Shown: piece after piece, positions 1-13,640 of the stretch
Layout of the letters: the number at the start of each line of letters is the position of its first letter
Position numbering within the stretch: position 1 is the stretch's first letter
Assembly (NCBI RefSeq): GCF_036321535.1
Contig: NC_087436.1
Coordinates: 17,856,001-17,920,000, forward strand
DNA length: 64,000 nucleotides
DNA from: Camelus dromedarius
Taxonomy: Eukaryota
Direction: 5' to 3'
The notes under the pieces: model-generated
Told to the model about the DNA's origin: nothing
Databases searched by the model: none
The model's input: the letters and a program-made list of their open reading frames with translations, nothing else
Made by a program: the position numbers and the translations under genes

Positions 1-489
1 CGTCTTAGGCCCAGGATGTAGCACACACTTGGTAAATATTTGTTGAATGAGTGAACACATAAATTGTCAGGACCCATCTCAAACTTCCTCCATTAACTGT
101 TGTGTATGACACTGTTGGGAGTCTTTTTAGCAGAGGTACAACTGAGCTGAGGCTGCATGGCAGAGTCCTTCCCAGTACTGAAATACAGACTAGAATCTTG
201 ACATTGTCCGGTTGTCCTATAGCCTCTCTGAGCTATGAATCGCCTTAATTAATCAGGCTATATGAATCTTCACTTTGCAGAATTGACATTAAATTATTTC
301 CATCACTAACCCATTTTAAGAAAATCATGTTGTTTTAGAAATAACTCCTAAGTTATTTTTCTCGTGATAATTCACTTGATAACTTTATTTTGGGAAATGG
401 TAACTAACATTAATTGCATTTCCCTGTTGTTTTTAATAAAACCATGTATTAGATATGGAAAACAGCTTCCATATGCTTGAAAGATTCCA

Positions 490-670
490 ATGGCTTGGAG
501 TTAGAAGATTTAGTTTTAAACCTGACTCTGTCATTTGTTATGCTTTTGACCTTGGGCAAGTTGCCCACCTAAGTCCTCAGTTTCCTCCCTTCCTGCCTCA
601 TTTATCCCCCAAGACTACCCTAAATATTACATAAGTTAACATTTGTAAGTATTCTTTTCAAATTCTAAAG
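490..670 (+). mobile_element. MIR-family SINE fragment (approximate bounds)
   Basis: Core motif tgaccttgggcaagttgcccacctaagtcctcagtttcct. Confidence 0.7.
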
Positions 671-904
671 GCTGTATTTTAGCAAATATGTTACTGTCAT
701 CTAGATGCAAAATAATTTTATATGATGGCTTCTTACATTCTGGCTTCTGGACCAGTTATAGTCAATAGCCTTGTTATATCAGCACCTAAAAAGGTAATAA
801 TTTTAATAAAACTGGAAGTATTGCTTATAATGAGTAGAATATGTATTTATAGCTCAGTAAATGCAATTTTAGAATGTCTGTTAGAGTAATCTTGCCATAA
901 ATGA

Positions 905-2709
<1,805 letters not shown>

Positions 2710-4079
2710 TGGCCTTTTTCTCCTGTCTTGAAAATTATGGCTTTATAAAGCACTGAAGCTTCGAATTATCTTTGCAGTTGATAAATTTGAATACATTTCA
2801 GTTTCCTGTTTTATTTTTGCTTTCACGATGGTTGTTTAGTGCTTCGCCCTTTACTTGTTGAAATGTTGCTGCTTTTTTGAAATAGAGAAGCAAACAAAAA
2901 ATCCTGACAATCTCAGAAAATATTTGTGTTGATTTTGAAGGAGCATCAATATATACTTCTCTCTCTACACTGTCTGTTGTAGGTGTTTAGAAAAAGTTTG
3001 TTTTCTACAGCCTGTTACTATGTTTACTTTAGCAGACTAATGCTAGATTTTTTTTCTTTATCTACATACTAGTTCACTAAAATTGCTTTAAATTGCTTTC
3101 TTTGTGGTCATAGTCTTCCTTTTCCTTAGTTTTCTCTATTAATCACCTCATTGGTTGTGAAAAATGAAATTAAACCCCAAGTCTGTTGCTTGGAAGCTCC
3201 CAACCCTTTCCATCTTTTTCTAGGTAGGTTAATTGTATGTAAGTTGTGGTTTTCAATACAAATAAATCATTTCCTTAACTCTTAAGGGCTTTTAAAGACT
3301 GAGCACATCTGAAGTTACTAAGTGGACAATCTGACTTTCTTACTCGTTGGAAGTGAAGTATATCACTGCAGTTTTTAATTTGTTTGTTTGTAACTTTTAG
3401 GATCTGCAAGAAGACATACTTTACTCCCTCTAAATATCTCTTGGCTTTTCCTTCTTGCAGATAGCATATTGTCTATATTTAGAAAAAACGAGAGGTTGTA
3501 GATATGACTACAAAGGGTGGTTCTAAGTTATACAGTGAACACTTGCATTGGACTTTGCTTCAGTACTGTTTTTATTACATGGTTATGATAAATGATCCCT
3601 TTATAGGACATGTAAAGAATAGATTTTCTAGATATAGTTCACTTGTGCATCTAGGAATATGTGGATATTTTCCTTGAAAACTTATTTTAGGGGAAAGATG
3701 TCCATCCCAGTAGCAAGATTTAAGGCTTACGTGTAATCCTTATTCTTTCTCCTTTTTTTTTACTGAACCAAAAAGTAAAAACTCTCATTTGTGCCTTCTT
3801 TTCCTCACCTTTGATTCAAACCTTACTCTGAAAGCACATATTTCGTAAAGGATACTTACTTGTTCTTACAGTTCTCGATTGCGTGAACTATTCAATCCGG
3901 TTCTAATACTGCTGCTCTTAAATCCTAAACTCTTTTAATGCATGTCAGGAGATAGCATCGCTTTCATCAGAACCAAACCCAGCATGTGTTCTGCTGCTGG
4001 CGCTTTGTTTTACTTTCAGAGAAGGAGATTTTGCACATGATGGAGATGTTTTTGTAAGTGATGTTTTTAGTGGGTTAGT

Positions 4080-4345
4080 AGGCAGAAGGATAGCCTGGTC
4101 GTTAAGAGCATGGCTGCCCTGGTTGAAATCCCAGCCCTGCCGCCTACTTGCTCTGTGTCCCTGTGCACATTCCTGTGTCACCTCTCTGGGCTGTAAGTCT
4201 TCTCATCTATAAAAACGGGATCCAGTAGTACTCATCTCAAGGGCTATCAGGACAATTAAGTGAGTTATTTTATGAGAAGCACTTTGAATATCATCTGATA
4301 TATAGCATGCATTATATAGTACTACATACATTTTAGCTATGACTA
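4080..4345 (+). mobile_element. MIR SINE
   Basis: gttaagagcatggct...gttgaaatcccagccctgccgcctact...tctcatctataaaaacgggat...attaagtgagtta...agcacttt, colinear with the MIR consensus as recalled. Confidence 0.8.
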
Positions 4346-5309
4346 TTAACATTTAAGATAAGCGTTTTCATAATCTTTAGTTTCCATTTCTTTTAGTGTT
4401 CTCTTTTCTGCATTATATGAAACTCCACAAAATAAATAAATATATACAAAGTTTAAGGAAATACGTATTGATAATTCTTATGATTAAATTCTACGGTTTT
4501 TTAACGCTCAGGCACCATGCATTTGCTACTGCATTTCCATTTATGCTCTTTTCATTTTGAAGGCTATTGCTCGGGGTGGATCTATTTCTGGTAGAAGTAT
4601 TAGAGGTATGCTGGCTAAAATCATTAACTCTCTTCTGTTGGTTCTGTATCCTTATTTCTACTGTTTCAATTGTGGTTTTCACACTCAAGTCATGAAGCCC
4701 CTGCTGATGATCTAATGTGACCCATCGCCTTAAATATTCATATGAATCAATGACCTTGAACCTACCCTGCATTTGTGGGCACTGGGGGTGTTGCCTTGTG
4801 TGTCTTCTTGAGAATTCCAAAATTCTTATTATGCTTGATAATATAGTCAGGGAATTCATTTTGTTTACGTACATTCTGGTAGTGTGCTAGTCATTGGAAG
4901 TTTTCCAAAAACTTTAATATCACAGCTTTAATGTTATTTAAAGTCTCTTATAGGTTACTAATTCTGTATAGCTTTTCCTGGGGAATATTATTCAAATATA
5001 TTTATTTTGATCATTGTCAGAATAAAGGCTCAAGGATCAGAGGAGATTTAGATCTTTTTCTAGATTTTAGTCTTCACATTATAATATTTAATTTAGTCTC
5101 ATCTAAGCTTCATTATTGGCCTCTTATTTTGCATCTTTTGGACCCAGATCCAACCTTTTTGCCTATTTCATGATTTATAATGATGCTAGGCCATTCCAGG
5201 GAGTGCTGAGCTAATGACTTAAAGATTGTAAAGGACCAAGGCATCGCAGAACTGCCTCTGGATTTCATAACATCCTTTGTCTTCAGGTTGGACTCTCAAC
5301 TGTTCGCTA

Positions 5310-5962
5310 GTCAATCTCAGAATATGGTTTAGGGTTCCTGAGACCTTTTCAAGGAAGTTTGAGGAGTCAAAAACCATGCCTTGGTAAAAGAGCTGTTCAA
5401 AATGGAAGACAGGCCAATGGTTTTAATGTAATAGTGTTTGAAAAGTTCACAGATATGGTTTTAGATTCCGTGTGGCAACTTAGCTTTAAGAAACCACTCA
5501 CTGTGACGTTTTCGGTGTGGTATGAAAGAACCGTGTCTGCAATTAGCTGAAAAGACCATTAAAACACTCCTCCTATTTCCCACAACGTATCAGTGTGAAG
5601 CCAGATTTTCTTCATATCCTTGAAGCAAAACACATCACCACACACTGACCACAGAAGTAGATATGAGAATTCAGCTGTCTTCTATTAAGGGAGATGGTAG
5701 ACTTGCAAAAATGTAAAACAGTGCCTCTCTTGTCACTACAGTTTTTTCATTCTGGGAAATAGGTTTTTTTTTTCTTCATAAACATGTGTGTGTTAACATG
5801 TAATGTCTTATTATTTTAAGTGATTTAAAAGAAATACAAGTTTTAATTTCTAATATGGTACATACCAACAGATAGAGTGCATAAAACAAAAGCTCCTTGG
5901 TGTCCTCAACTCATGTTTTTAAGCGTGGAGAGGCATCCTGAGATCCAGAAATTGAGCATTGC
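5310..5962. mobile_element. hAT-Charlie family non-autonomous DNA transposon remnant (subfamily uncertain)
   Basis: Ends resemble Charlie termini: gggttcctgagaccttttcaagg...gtcaaaa and aaagctccttggtgtcctcaa...tcctgagatccagaaattgag. Confidence 0.65.
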
Positions 5963-7074
5963 ACCCTTTGGAATGCATCGTTTCCATGCTTTAGAGGTTA
6001 ACGAAAGAAGGGGCTATTAATTTGTTCGTGTTAGCTTTGCTGAATGTTATGCTGGGGGGGGGGTGCCTCATCTAGATAAGAAAAACGATTCTCACCCAGG
6101 TGAATTTTTCAAGCTGATAGAAATGGGTAATGGTGGTGGAGTGAGTGTCTGTTTCAGCCTGTGGGCATTCTGCGAGATTGGTGACCAACGTTGTGTCCGT
6201 TAGTAATTTCCAGTTAGTGGACTGTCTGATTACCAAACTGTAAAATAAATTGTGACAAAAGCTGGATAGAAAGCTCTGTGATGGACATCGGACCCAGTTG
6301 GGTCATGTAGATTGGAGATTCCCTGTTACCTGGGACACAAAGCTGTGACCCTGAGTTGCAGCCTCAGTTTCTTCATTTTAAAGAGGTGTTGACCTAAATG
6401 CCCTCTAAGGTCTACCAGCATTGCTACTAAATGGCTGTATAGTTTCCTTGGAGTCACGTATGTTAAGAATAAAAATAGAAGTAGCCCTTAACATATTTGC
6501 TAGTCTGGTTTCAAGTATATCTTATTCACAAGTCTTAGCTCTGGCGTTTCCAGGGTAGTCAGGATAGAAAAATGTCATTACCATTTACCATTTAAAGGTA
6601 AGGGTGAGTAGGGGTGACCTGTTGTTTTACTTTGAAAAGTAGTGGGTTTTTTTAATCGGATCTTTCCTTTCATAAAATTTGACACTTACACTATGAGTTC
6701 CTTGTTCTTTTGCATTTATGTGATTGCTTTTGGAAACAGGGTTTTTCTGTTGACATAACATTGGGTGTTTATGGCCATAGAGTCACTTCGATAGCATCAT
6801 AACACAGTGCTAACATTGACTGAGACTTTCAGATATAAAGTTCACTGTTTCAAAGGGCACATTCTGGTAGATTTCAAGACAAGTAATCAGGAATTTATCT
6901 TAATATATGCTTCATTTTTTCCTATCATAGAATGAAACAATTTAGTGATACCTGCAGTTATTTTTTTAATCTTTCAATTGTCCCTGGAGATTTTCGAAAT
7001 TTATCTTCTATAATAAACCAAAAGCTTCAGAAGTCAAGGAATTTGTTACAAAGTTTGCCATGTCTCTTAGTAAA

Positions 7075-7194
7075 CCTTTTTTTTGGTAAGTTTAAGTAGG
7101 ATCTTTTTATTTTTTTTAATGGAAGCATGGGGATGGAACCTGGGACCTCATGCATGCCAAGCATGTGCCCTACCACTGAGCTATGCCCACCCCT
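7075..7194 (-). mobile_element. tRNA-derived SINE (camelid Vic-1-like)
   Basis: Minus strand reads GGGGTGGGCATAGCTCAGTGGTAGGG...GGTTCCATCCCC (Pol III A/B boxes) plus A-rich tail; perfect 10-bp TSD tcttagtaaa at 7065-7074 and 7195-7204. Confidence 0.92.
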
Positions 7195-9221
7195 TCTTAG
7201 TAAATTTCCTATATCAGCCATTGAGATAAAAATATCTTTATGTAATACAGAATATGAAAGAGTGATGGGTTTTGCTGGGGAGAGATTGATTATTGACATT
7301 TACTATAATAAAAAAATTCATTACAGAACTACTTAGGTCATTTGGAAATGAAAACATGAAACTTTCTTTTCTTATTTGTCTCCTGACATTTTGATTTTGA
7401 AATTGCTAGTGTAACTAGAATTTCTCCAGGTTAGGATTCTAGATAGCACTTCTAGATTTTAGATTTTAAATGACTTTAAAATGAGACTTGCTTCTTCTGA
7501 TGATTCATTCACTTTCATTCATTGATGATATTTCCGGTAAGAGTGGTGATCATTTTATTGAAAAAAAAAACTTACTGCTTTTTAATAAACAAATCAACCT
7601 GTACAGCATCCTTTCATACATTTTGCTTTTACCATCACAAGTAGCCTGGGTTTATCTGTCGGTATGTCTGCCTTTTATTATCTAAAGTATTAGTAAATTT
7701 GAACTGATTACTTTGTACTTAAACTGTAAAGTTGAGGTTAAAAGCCCTAGTTTCAGTTAAATAAACTCAAATTATTCAACTTAAGGCAGTTCACTTATGT
7801 ACCAGTGATGTGAACGTGCTGAAAATAGGACTTGGAGATTTGTCATTTATAGAGTTGATGCCTCTTGCAATATTGAAATTCTGCGTGTGTCTGACTGACC
7901 TTTTCTACCCTTGTAATGTTTAGAGTGACAGTACATGTTGTATTGATCACCAGTAATTTAGGGGTAACACTTCACTCCGCCTAATGCTTTGATGCCATTA
8001 ATTTCTTTTCCTCCAAAGTAATACTCCCCCAGCCCCAGGCTTTCAACTGTTGCTATAGTTTCACACTACTCATCTATTGATAAAATTTCAGCTCTGCTGC
8101 TAAATAATTTGTCGTTTTCTTTCATTCACTAAATTAAAATTGAGAGAAAAATATTGGTCTGTTGATTCCATTTTAAATAGAGCCATTAAATTGTGTAGTT
8201 TTGTGGACTGCATTCCAAAATTTATTAGTGAGAATTCATGGGATATAAATGCATTAAATGGACAATGTCTTCATCTTAAATTTTAGAATTTCTAGTTTTT
8301 AACTTGTCAAATAGAGACTTTATTTTCGGTTTCAAGAGGTTGATTTTGTTCTTTATATAGTAAGGTAATGATGAAGTTAAAATGTAATTATATATAAGCA
8401 CGTGTTACTTAATTGACGCTCTGGAAACCTCTGGATTTATGATTGTTAGTGGTATGGCCAAGGCCAAAATTTCTATGTAGAAAAGAGGTAGAAATTGCCT
8501 TTATTTTATGCAAGAAATAGAACACTCTTGTCCAAGGAAGGAAGAGAGGACAAACAAAAAGTAATTTGAATACTTACAAAGTTAATACCCTAGGGAGAGC
8601 ATGTAAGATGGTAACTGGCCGTCTGAATTCCTAACTGTGGCCATGACTTCATTTTATCAATGATGATCCCCTCATGTGTCCTCGCCATACACATGAAGGG
8701 CTGTTGAAACAAATATATGAAGATTGCACCCAAAACGGGATGAAATAAGGTTTGTAACGGGCAACATCGACTTGGGGTGTTGTGACAGGAAAGGATTTTC
8801 TGGGCGAGTCTTGGAAAATGGGGACATGGGGAGGGGATGATCAGAGTTGGTATATATCCTTCATCTTGAAAGATTTGCAGGGGGTTGGGTGGGCGCTTGC
8901 TGGTGGAGGGAGTTGTGTGAGCACAACCCTGGTGGGCAGGAAACACTGAGTGTGGTTGGGCTGTGATAGAGGGAACTAGCGGGGAAGAAAGCCTGGAGGA
9001 GGTGCGTTGGAATGGGATTCCAGTGGAACTTGAAAGTCACACTAAGAAGTTGGTGCCTAATTTGGTGGATAAGCAGGAGTTACTGAAATGTTGGAGCAGG
9101 GAGATAGCGTGAGCCCACGTGCACTTTGGAAAAACATTCATTAGGCAGTGGTTGTAGTGTGGATTGGAGCGTAAAGATGTTAAACTTTTTAACTTGTTAC
9201 AATAAGTAAAAATTATTCTAT

Positions 9222-9332
9222 GGGAAGGGTATAGCTCAATGGTAGAGTGTGTGCCTAGCATGCAGAGGTTGTGGGTTCAATCCCCAGTACCTCAATTAAA
9301 TAAATAAATAGAACCTAACTCCCCACCTCCCA
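9222..9332 (+). mobile_element. tRNA-derived SINE (camelid Vic-1-like)
   Basis: gggaagggtatagctcaatggtagag...gggttcaatccccagtacctc followed by (taaa)n and a C-rich tail motif shared with the other copies. Confidence 0.92.
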
Positions 9333-9509
9333 TATACAGTGCTGTATGCCAATTATATCCCAATAAACTGGAAGGGAAAAAAATTTTTTTAAAGTTACTG
9401 TAACAGTGCAGAAGAATGGGAACTTGATTCTCTGGAGCGATGATGCCAGGGTAATGGAAAAGGGGACAGATGTGACATATTACAGAAGATGACTTTGTCG
9501 TCATTGATT

Positions 9510-10085
9510 TTTGTATAAAAATTTTATTTTGAAATAACCCCAGACTTAGGAAAAAATTGGGAGTCCCTTAAGAAGAGCAATAAACAAGGACATTCTCTCG
9601 TGTAAGCGCAACACAACCATCAAAATCCAGAAACTAACATTAAAGTCAGCGACATCTTTATTCTTGGTTTTGCCAATTGTCCCAGTAACATCTCCTGTGG
9701 GGAAAGGACCCTGATTCCGAGTTGTCTTGTCCTTTTAGCCGTCACGACTCTCTAGTCACCTCCAGTCTGGGATAGTTCCTTAGTCTTTCCTGGATTTCAT
9801 GACTTGACTTTGAAAGATTAAAGCCCAGCCCTCTAGCAGAAAGCCCCTCGATTTGGGTTTATCCTGTTTCCTCACGCCCTGACTCGGGGGTGGCCCGTGG
9901 CAGGAATACTGCAGAAGGGGTGCTGCGTTCCTCCTATAGCTGCCCACCCTAGACCAGGCCACTTCCCTCGGTGCCCTTCCTGTCCCTTTGCAGCACGTGA
10001 TCCAGGTGTCCTCTGCTAGGCGTCTCCAAGGTCAAGTTACTCTTTTCCCTTTGCAATTGGGAGATGATTGGGGGCGTGGTGCTTT
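9510..10085 (-). mobile_element. Old L1 3' region (L1MC/L1ME-like), approximate bounds
   Basis: Starts aaaattttattttgaaataa..agactta; contains tttgccaattgtcccagtaaca and aagttactcttttccctttgcaatt, typical of these 3' UTRs. Confidence 0.6.
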
Positions 10086-10203
10086 GAAGTGTCTGCATCC
10101 CAATCTGCATCACCTTTTGTTTATTCATTTAATTTTCTTTATCTTTATCTTCGTGGCATCATTGTTTCTTATTTTAATGCAGTGAGTTACAGCTGTTGCT
10201 GCC

Positions 10204-10502
10204 TTTATTTTTTTAATATAGTCTTATTGAAGTACAGCCATTTTTTTTAACATTTTTTATTGATTTATAATCATTTTACAATGTTGTGTCAAATTCCAGT
10301 GTTCGAAGTACAGCCAGTTTACAGTGTTGTGTCAGTTTCTGGTGTACAGCACAATGCTTCAGTCACATAGGAACATACATACATTCGTTCTCATATTCTT
10401 CACCATAGGTTACTACACGATAATGAATATGGTTCCCTCTACTACACAGTGTAAACTTGTTGTTTATCTATTTTATATATATTAGTATCTGCAAATCTCG
10501 AA
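10204..10502 (-). mobile_element. Lineage-specific L1 3' end carrying a nested 64-nt younger L1 tip (10241-10304)
   Basis: ttattgaagtacag..tttacagtgttgtgtcagtttctggtgtacagc...gaatatggttccct L1 3' UTR; nested piece bounded by 12-bp TSD gaagtacagcca. Confidence 0.88.
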
Positions 10503-12099
10503 ATAAAGGGATAAACTAAATTTATCCCAGTAATTTATTCCAATTGCCCCGACTCCATCGGGACTCTGACTCTCTGTGGGGTGTCAGAGCCACCCTTGGG
10601 CTTGCTGCCCCACTCTGGGCCACCATAGCCATCCACACCCTACCCCCTTCTGTGGTTCTCTCCTTCGCTCTGTCTTGCGTCTTGGCTTTGTTGAGGAAGA
10701 GGCAGGAGAGGAGTTGCTGTCTGAGTGGAAGTGGAGAGGGAAGTAAGTGGAAAATCCATGAACACTCACAGGTCATGAGCTTGACAGTCATAGAGGATGG
10801 TGAGCCATGAAGAAAAATGAGGAGGTTGAGAAGAAATGGTGATGTATCTTGGCTCCGTGAGTTTTACGTTGCAGACTCCCTCTGATTGGACGAGTTCTCC
10901 ATACAGGCGGAAGTGTTGGTCTGGAGGTGTGGGAGGCCTCCTCATAGAAGTGCCTATGGAGGGGCCAGCATGGGTGCTCCCTATGGAGAGGGTGTACATA
11001 CGACTCAAGGACAGTTGAAAGTACATTTGCTTGGAATTGGGAGGAACAGAACCCGTTTAGGAGATGAGCAGCACATGCTAATAAAGGAGGCTGGAAGTTG
11101 TCTGGACAATCAAGACAGCGCCAAGTCACGGATGCCCAAGGGAAGAACCACGGAGTCTTAGAATTTCCAGGTCAGAAGGGTTCTAAGGCTGTGTGTAAAC
11201 CCAGCCTTCTAAGGGCGCCCATACTGAAGCTGTGGCCCAGGGAGGTGATAGGGCTTTTCTAGTTCCATTCAAAGCAGCTGGTGACAGAGCTGGGAGTAGA
11301 ACCCTGCCCTTTGGTCTAGTACATTAACCTTCCCTTCTGCTAGGAGATGGTGGTTCCAAACCCAGTCAGGGGGCTGGGAAGTCCAGGAATTAGGTGGAAT
11401 AGTGGGGGCTGGTGATTTTTCCAGAAGGAATTCTGCAGAGCAGTGGGCATGGGGCTCGGGCCGTGATTGGCACAGGAGTAAGTTAGCAGTGAAGAGGAGA
11501 AACCCCGGGGTGTGTGGGGGCAGTGCTTACCCTCTGGTGGTGTCTGTCTGGCGGTGGAGAGCAAGGGGTCCAGGGAAGGGATGTTGGCACAAAGAAACAG
11601 CGGGATGGGAGTCAGAGGGCGGTAGACCCGTGCTGAGACTGAGGTTGAAAACATTAGAGGGGAGGTACTGGATGGGGGCCAAATCCTGGGAAGGTGGGGA
11701 CAGAAGGGAGACAGCGGTTAGCCTTAGAGTCAGATATTTCCCCACCAGCCGCCACCGGTGTGCATGAGCAGTTGCTGGTAGCTCGTGTCACCGTTTGACA
11801 GACACGGAAACTGCAACTCAGTTGGTGTACGTGATTTGCGTGAGGCCACAGAGCAGAGGTGGGTGAAGAAACATGTACTTAAGCTATAGAAGATGAACGC
11901 TGAATGCCCTGGAATAATAGGCAGGCGGCTTTTTTACAAGCATAACTCAGATTGGGTGGCGGATCTAAAGCCCGGTGACTGTGTCTCGGTGCAAGCAGCC
12001 TCAAGTGAAATAACTTAGGGTCTAAAAAGCACTAAGTTATTGGGCTCCCGACTACCTTACTGAATATCTTGTTTCTTCCTGCTCATTCCTCACGCTGAC

Positions 12100-12495
12100 C
12101 TTTCTGGGGCTCAGACGAACCAAGCCTCCTTCTTTCTGGGGGCCTCTGTGGTTACTGGCCCCTCTGCCAAGAAGGCTCTGCCTTCACATTTGGGTTTCTT
12201 GCCCCTTCTTGTTACTCCGGATGAGCTCTGGTGTCACCCTCTCCAGGAGGCCTTCCCTGGCCACTTTATTTAAAGTGGTGACACCCCCCATCTCCTAACA
12301 CATCACCCTCCTTTGTTGTCTTCATAGTGCACACCTATCAGAAGTGATCCTTGTTTACTTCACTTCCCTAATTAGAATGTGAATTTCCTGGGAGCAGGAC
12401 CTCAGCTGTTCTGTTTCACCAGTACGTTTGCCATACCTAATACATTGCCGGGTACCCTGTGGATGTTCAGTAAATCCTGATGGACTGAATGCATT
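12100..12495 (+). mobile_element. L2 LINE 3' end
   Basis: tcaccctctccaggaggccttccctggcca...attagaatgtgaatttcctgggagcaggac...gttcagtaaatcctgatggactgaatg. Confidence 0.7.
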
Positions 12496-12784
12496 GGTTG
12501 GCAGAGGGGCTTGGGGAACAGGTATATATCAGGGGTGACGAGATAAGTGTTGGTGATTGTGTGAAACTAATAAAATTATCGTTAAGTAATGCTGAGAGTT
12601 CTGCTGGGTTTAGCAAAAATTGTTGTGACCTCTCAGCATGTTTTTAGGGATTTTTCACAAAATAATAAACAGATGCTGTTCTTGTTTTTTCTAATCTCAG
12701 CATAATAGAGTAGTTGGTAAGGGTGTATTCCAAGCTGTATGGTGACACTCTTAGTCTTCATTATGAGGTCATTCATTTAATTTC

Positions 12785-13640
12785 AGTTTATAAACAGTAA
12801 CATTTTCTCTCTTGGGTGTACAGTTCCGTGAGTTTTGACAAGTGCAGAGTCATCGAACCACTACCCATCCAAGATGCAGAATAGTTCTGTCACACACCAC
12901 AGTTCCTTTGTGTTGCCCCTTCGTAGTTCAGCCCCTCTCCTTTCTCCCAAACCCTCCATTTATACACTCCCTGTCCCATAGTTTTGTTTTTTTCTAGATT
13001 GTCATAAAAATGGAACCATACTTTATACAGCCTTTTATTTCTGGGTTCCTTCATTTAGCATAATGCACTGGAGATTCATCCGTGTCACTGCATGCACCAG
13101 CAGTTCGTTTCTGTTTAGTGCTGAGTGGTCTTCCGTTCATGGCCGTACCGTAGTTTGTTCGTCCCTTCACCTGTTGGTGGACATTTGGGTTGTTTCCAGT
13201 TCGGGCTATTTCAAATAAAGCTGCTCTAAACATTCACATGCAAATCTTTCTATGGACCTGTGCTGTATTTTTATTCCAGGAAATACCTGCAGCTAAAATG
13301 GCTAGATTATATTTTAGGTGTTGGTGTTGGTTTAATTTTGAAGAGAGAATCAAATTGTTTTCCAAAGTGGTTGTACCATTTTACATTCCCATTAGCAGTG
13401 TACGAGAGTTCCGGTTGCATTCCATCCGTGCCAACGTTTGAGAGAGTCAGTCTTTTTAAGTTTAGACATTATAACAGTACTGATAACCCATTGTGGTTTA
13501 AATTGGCATTTCTCTAGTGCCTACATGATACTGAACAACTTTCCATGTGCTTAACTACCATCCATATACTTTTTCATGCCTTTTAACTCTTTTTCCCATT
13601 TTGATTGGGTTGCTTTCTTCTTTCTGAGTTCCATTATCAG
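12785..13640 (-). mobile_element. L1MB/L1MC-type 3' fragment
   Basis: gtgtacagttccgtgagttttgacaag...ggacatttgggttgtttccagtt...aaagtggttgtaccattttacattccc; overlapping ORFs (MFRAALFEIART; LFSKVVVPFYIP) are typical L1-end translations. Confidence 0.85.

Noticed and set aside
7120..7194. tRNA-like sequences here and at 9222, 22575, 31447 and 51639 as real tRNA genes
   Set aside because: They carry A-rich tails and mostly TSDs, differ from each other and have mismatched stems: SINEs, not tRNAs.
7930..7944. AGTACAtgtTGTATT as an autoregulatory MR/GR response element
   Set aside because: Lacks the conserved C of the second half-site; I saw no full GnACAnnnTGTnC match by eye, though my scan was not exhaustive.
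10522..11767. ORF-dense purine-rich stretch as a processed pseudogene
   Set aside because: No recognisable protein, poly(A) or TSD.
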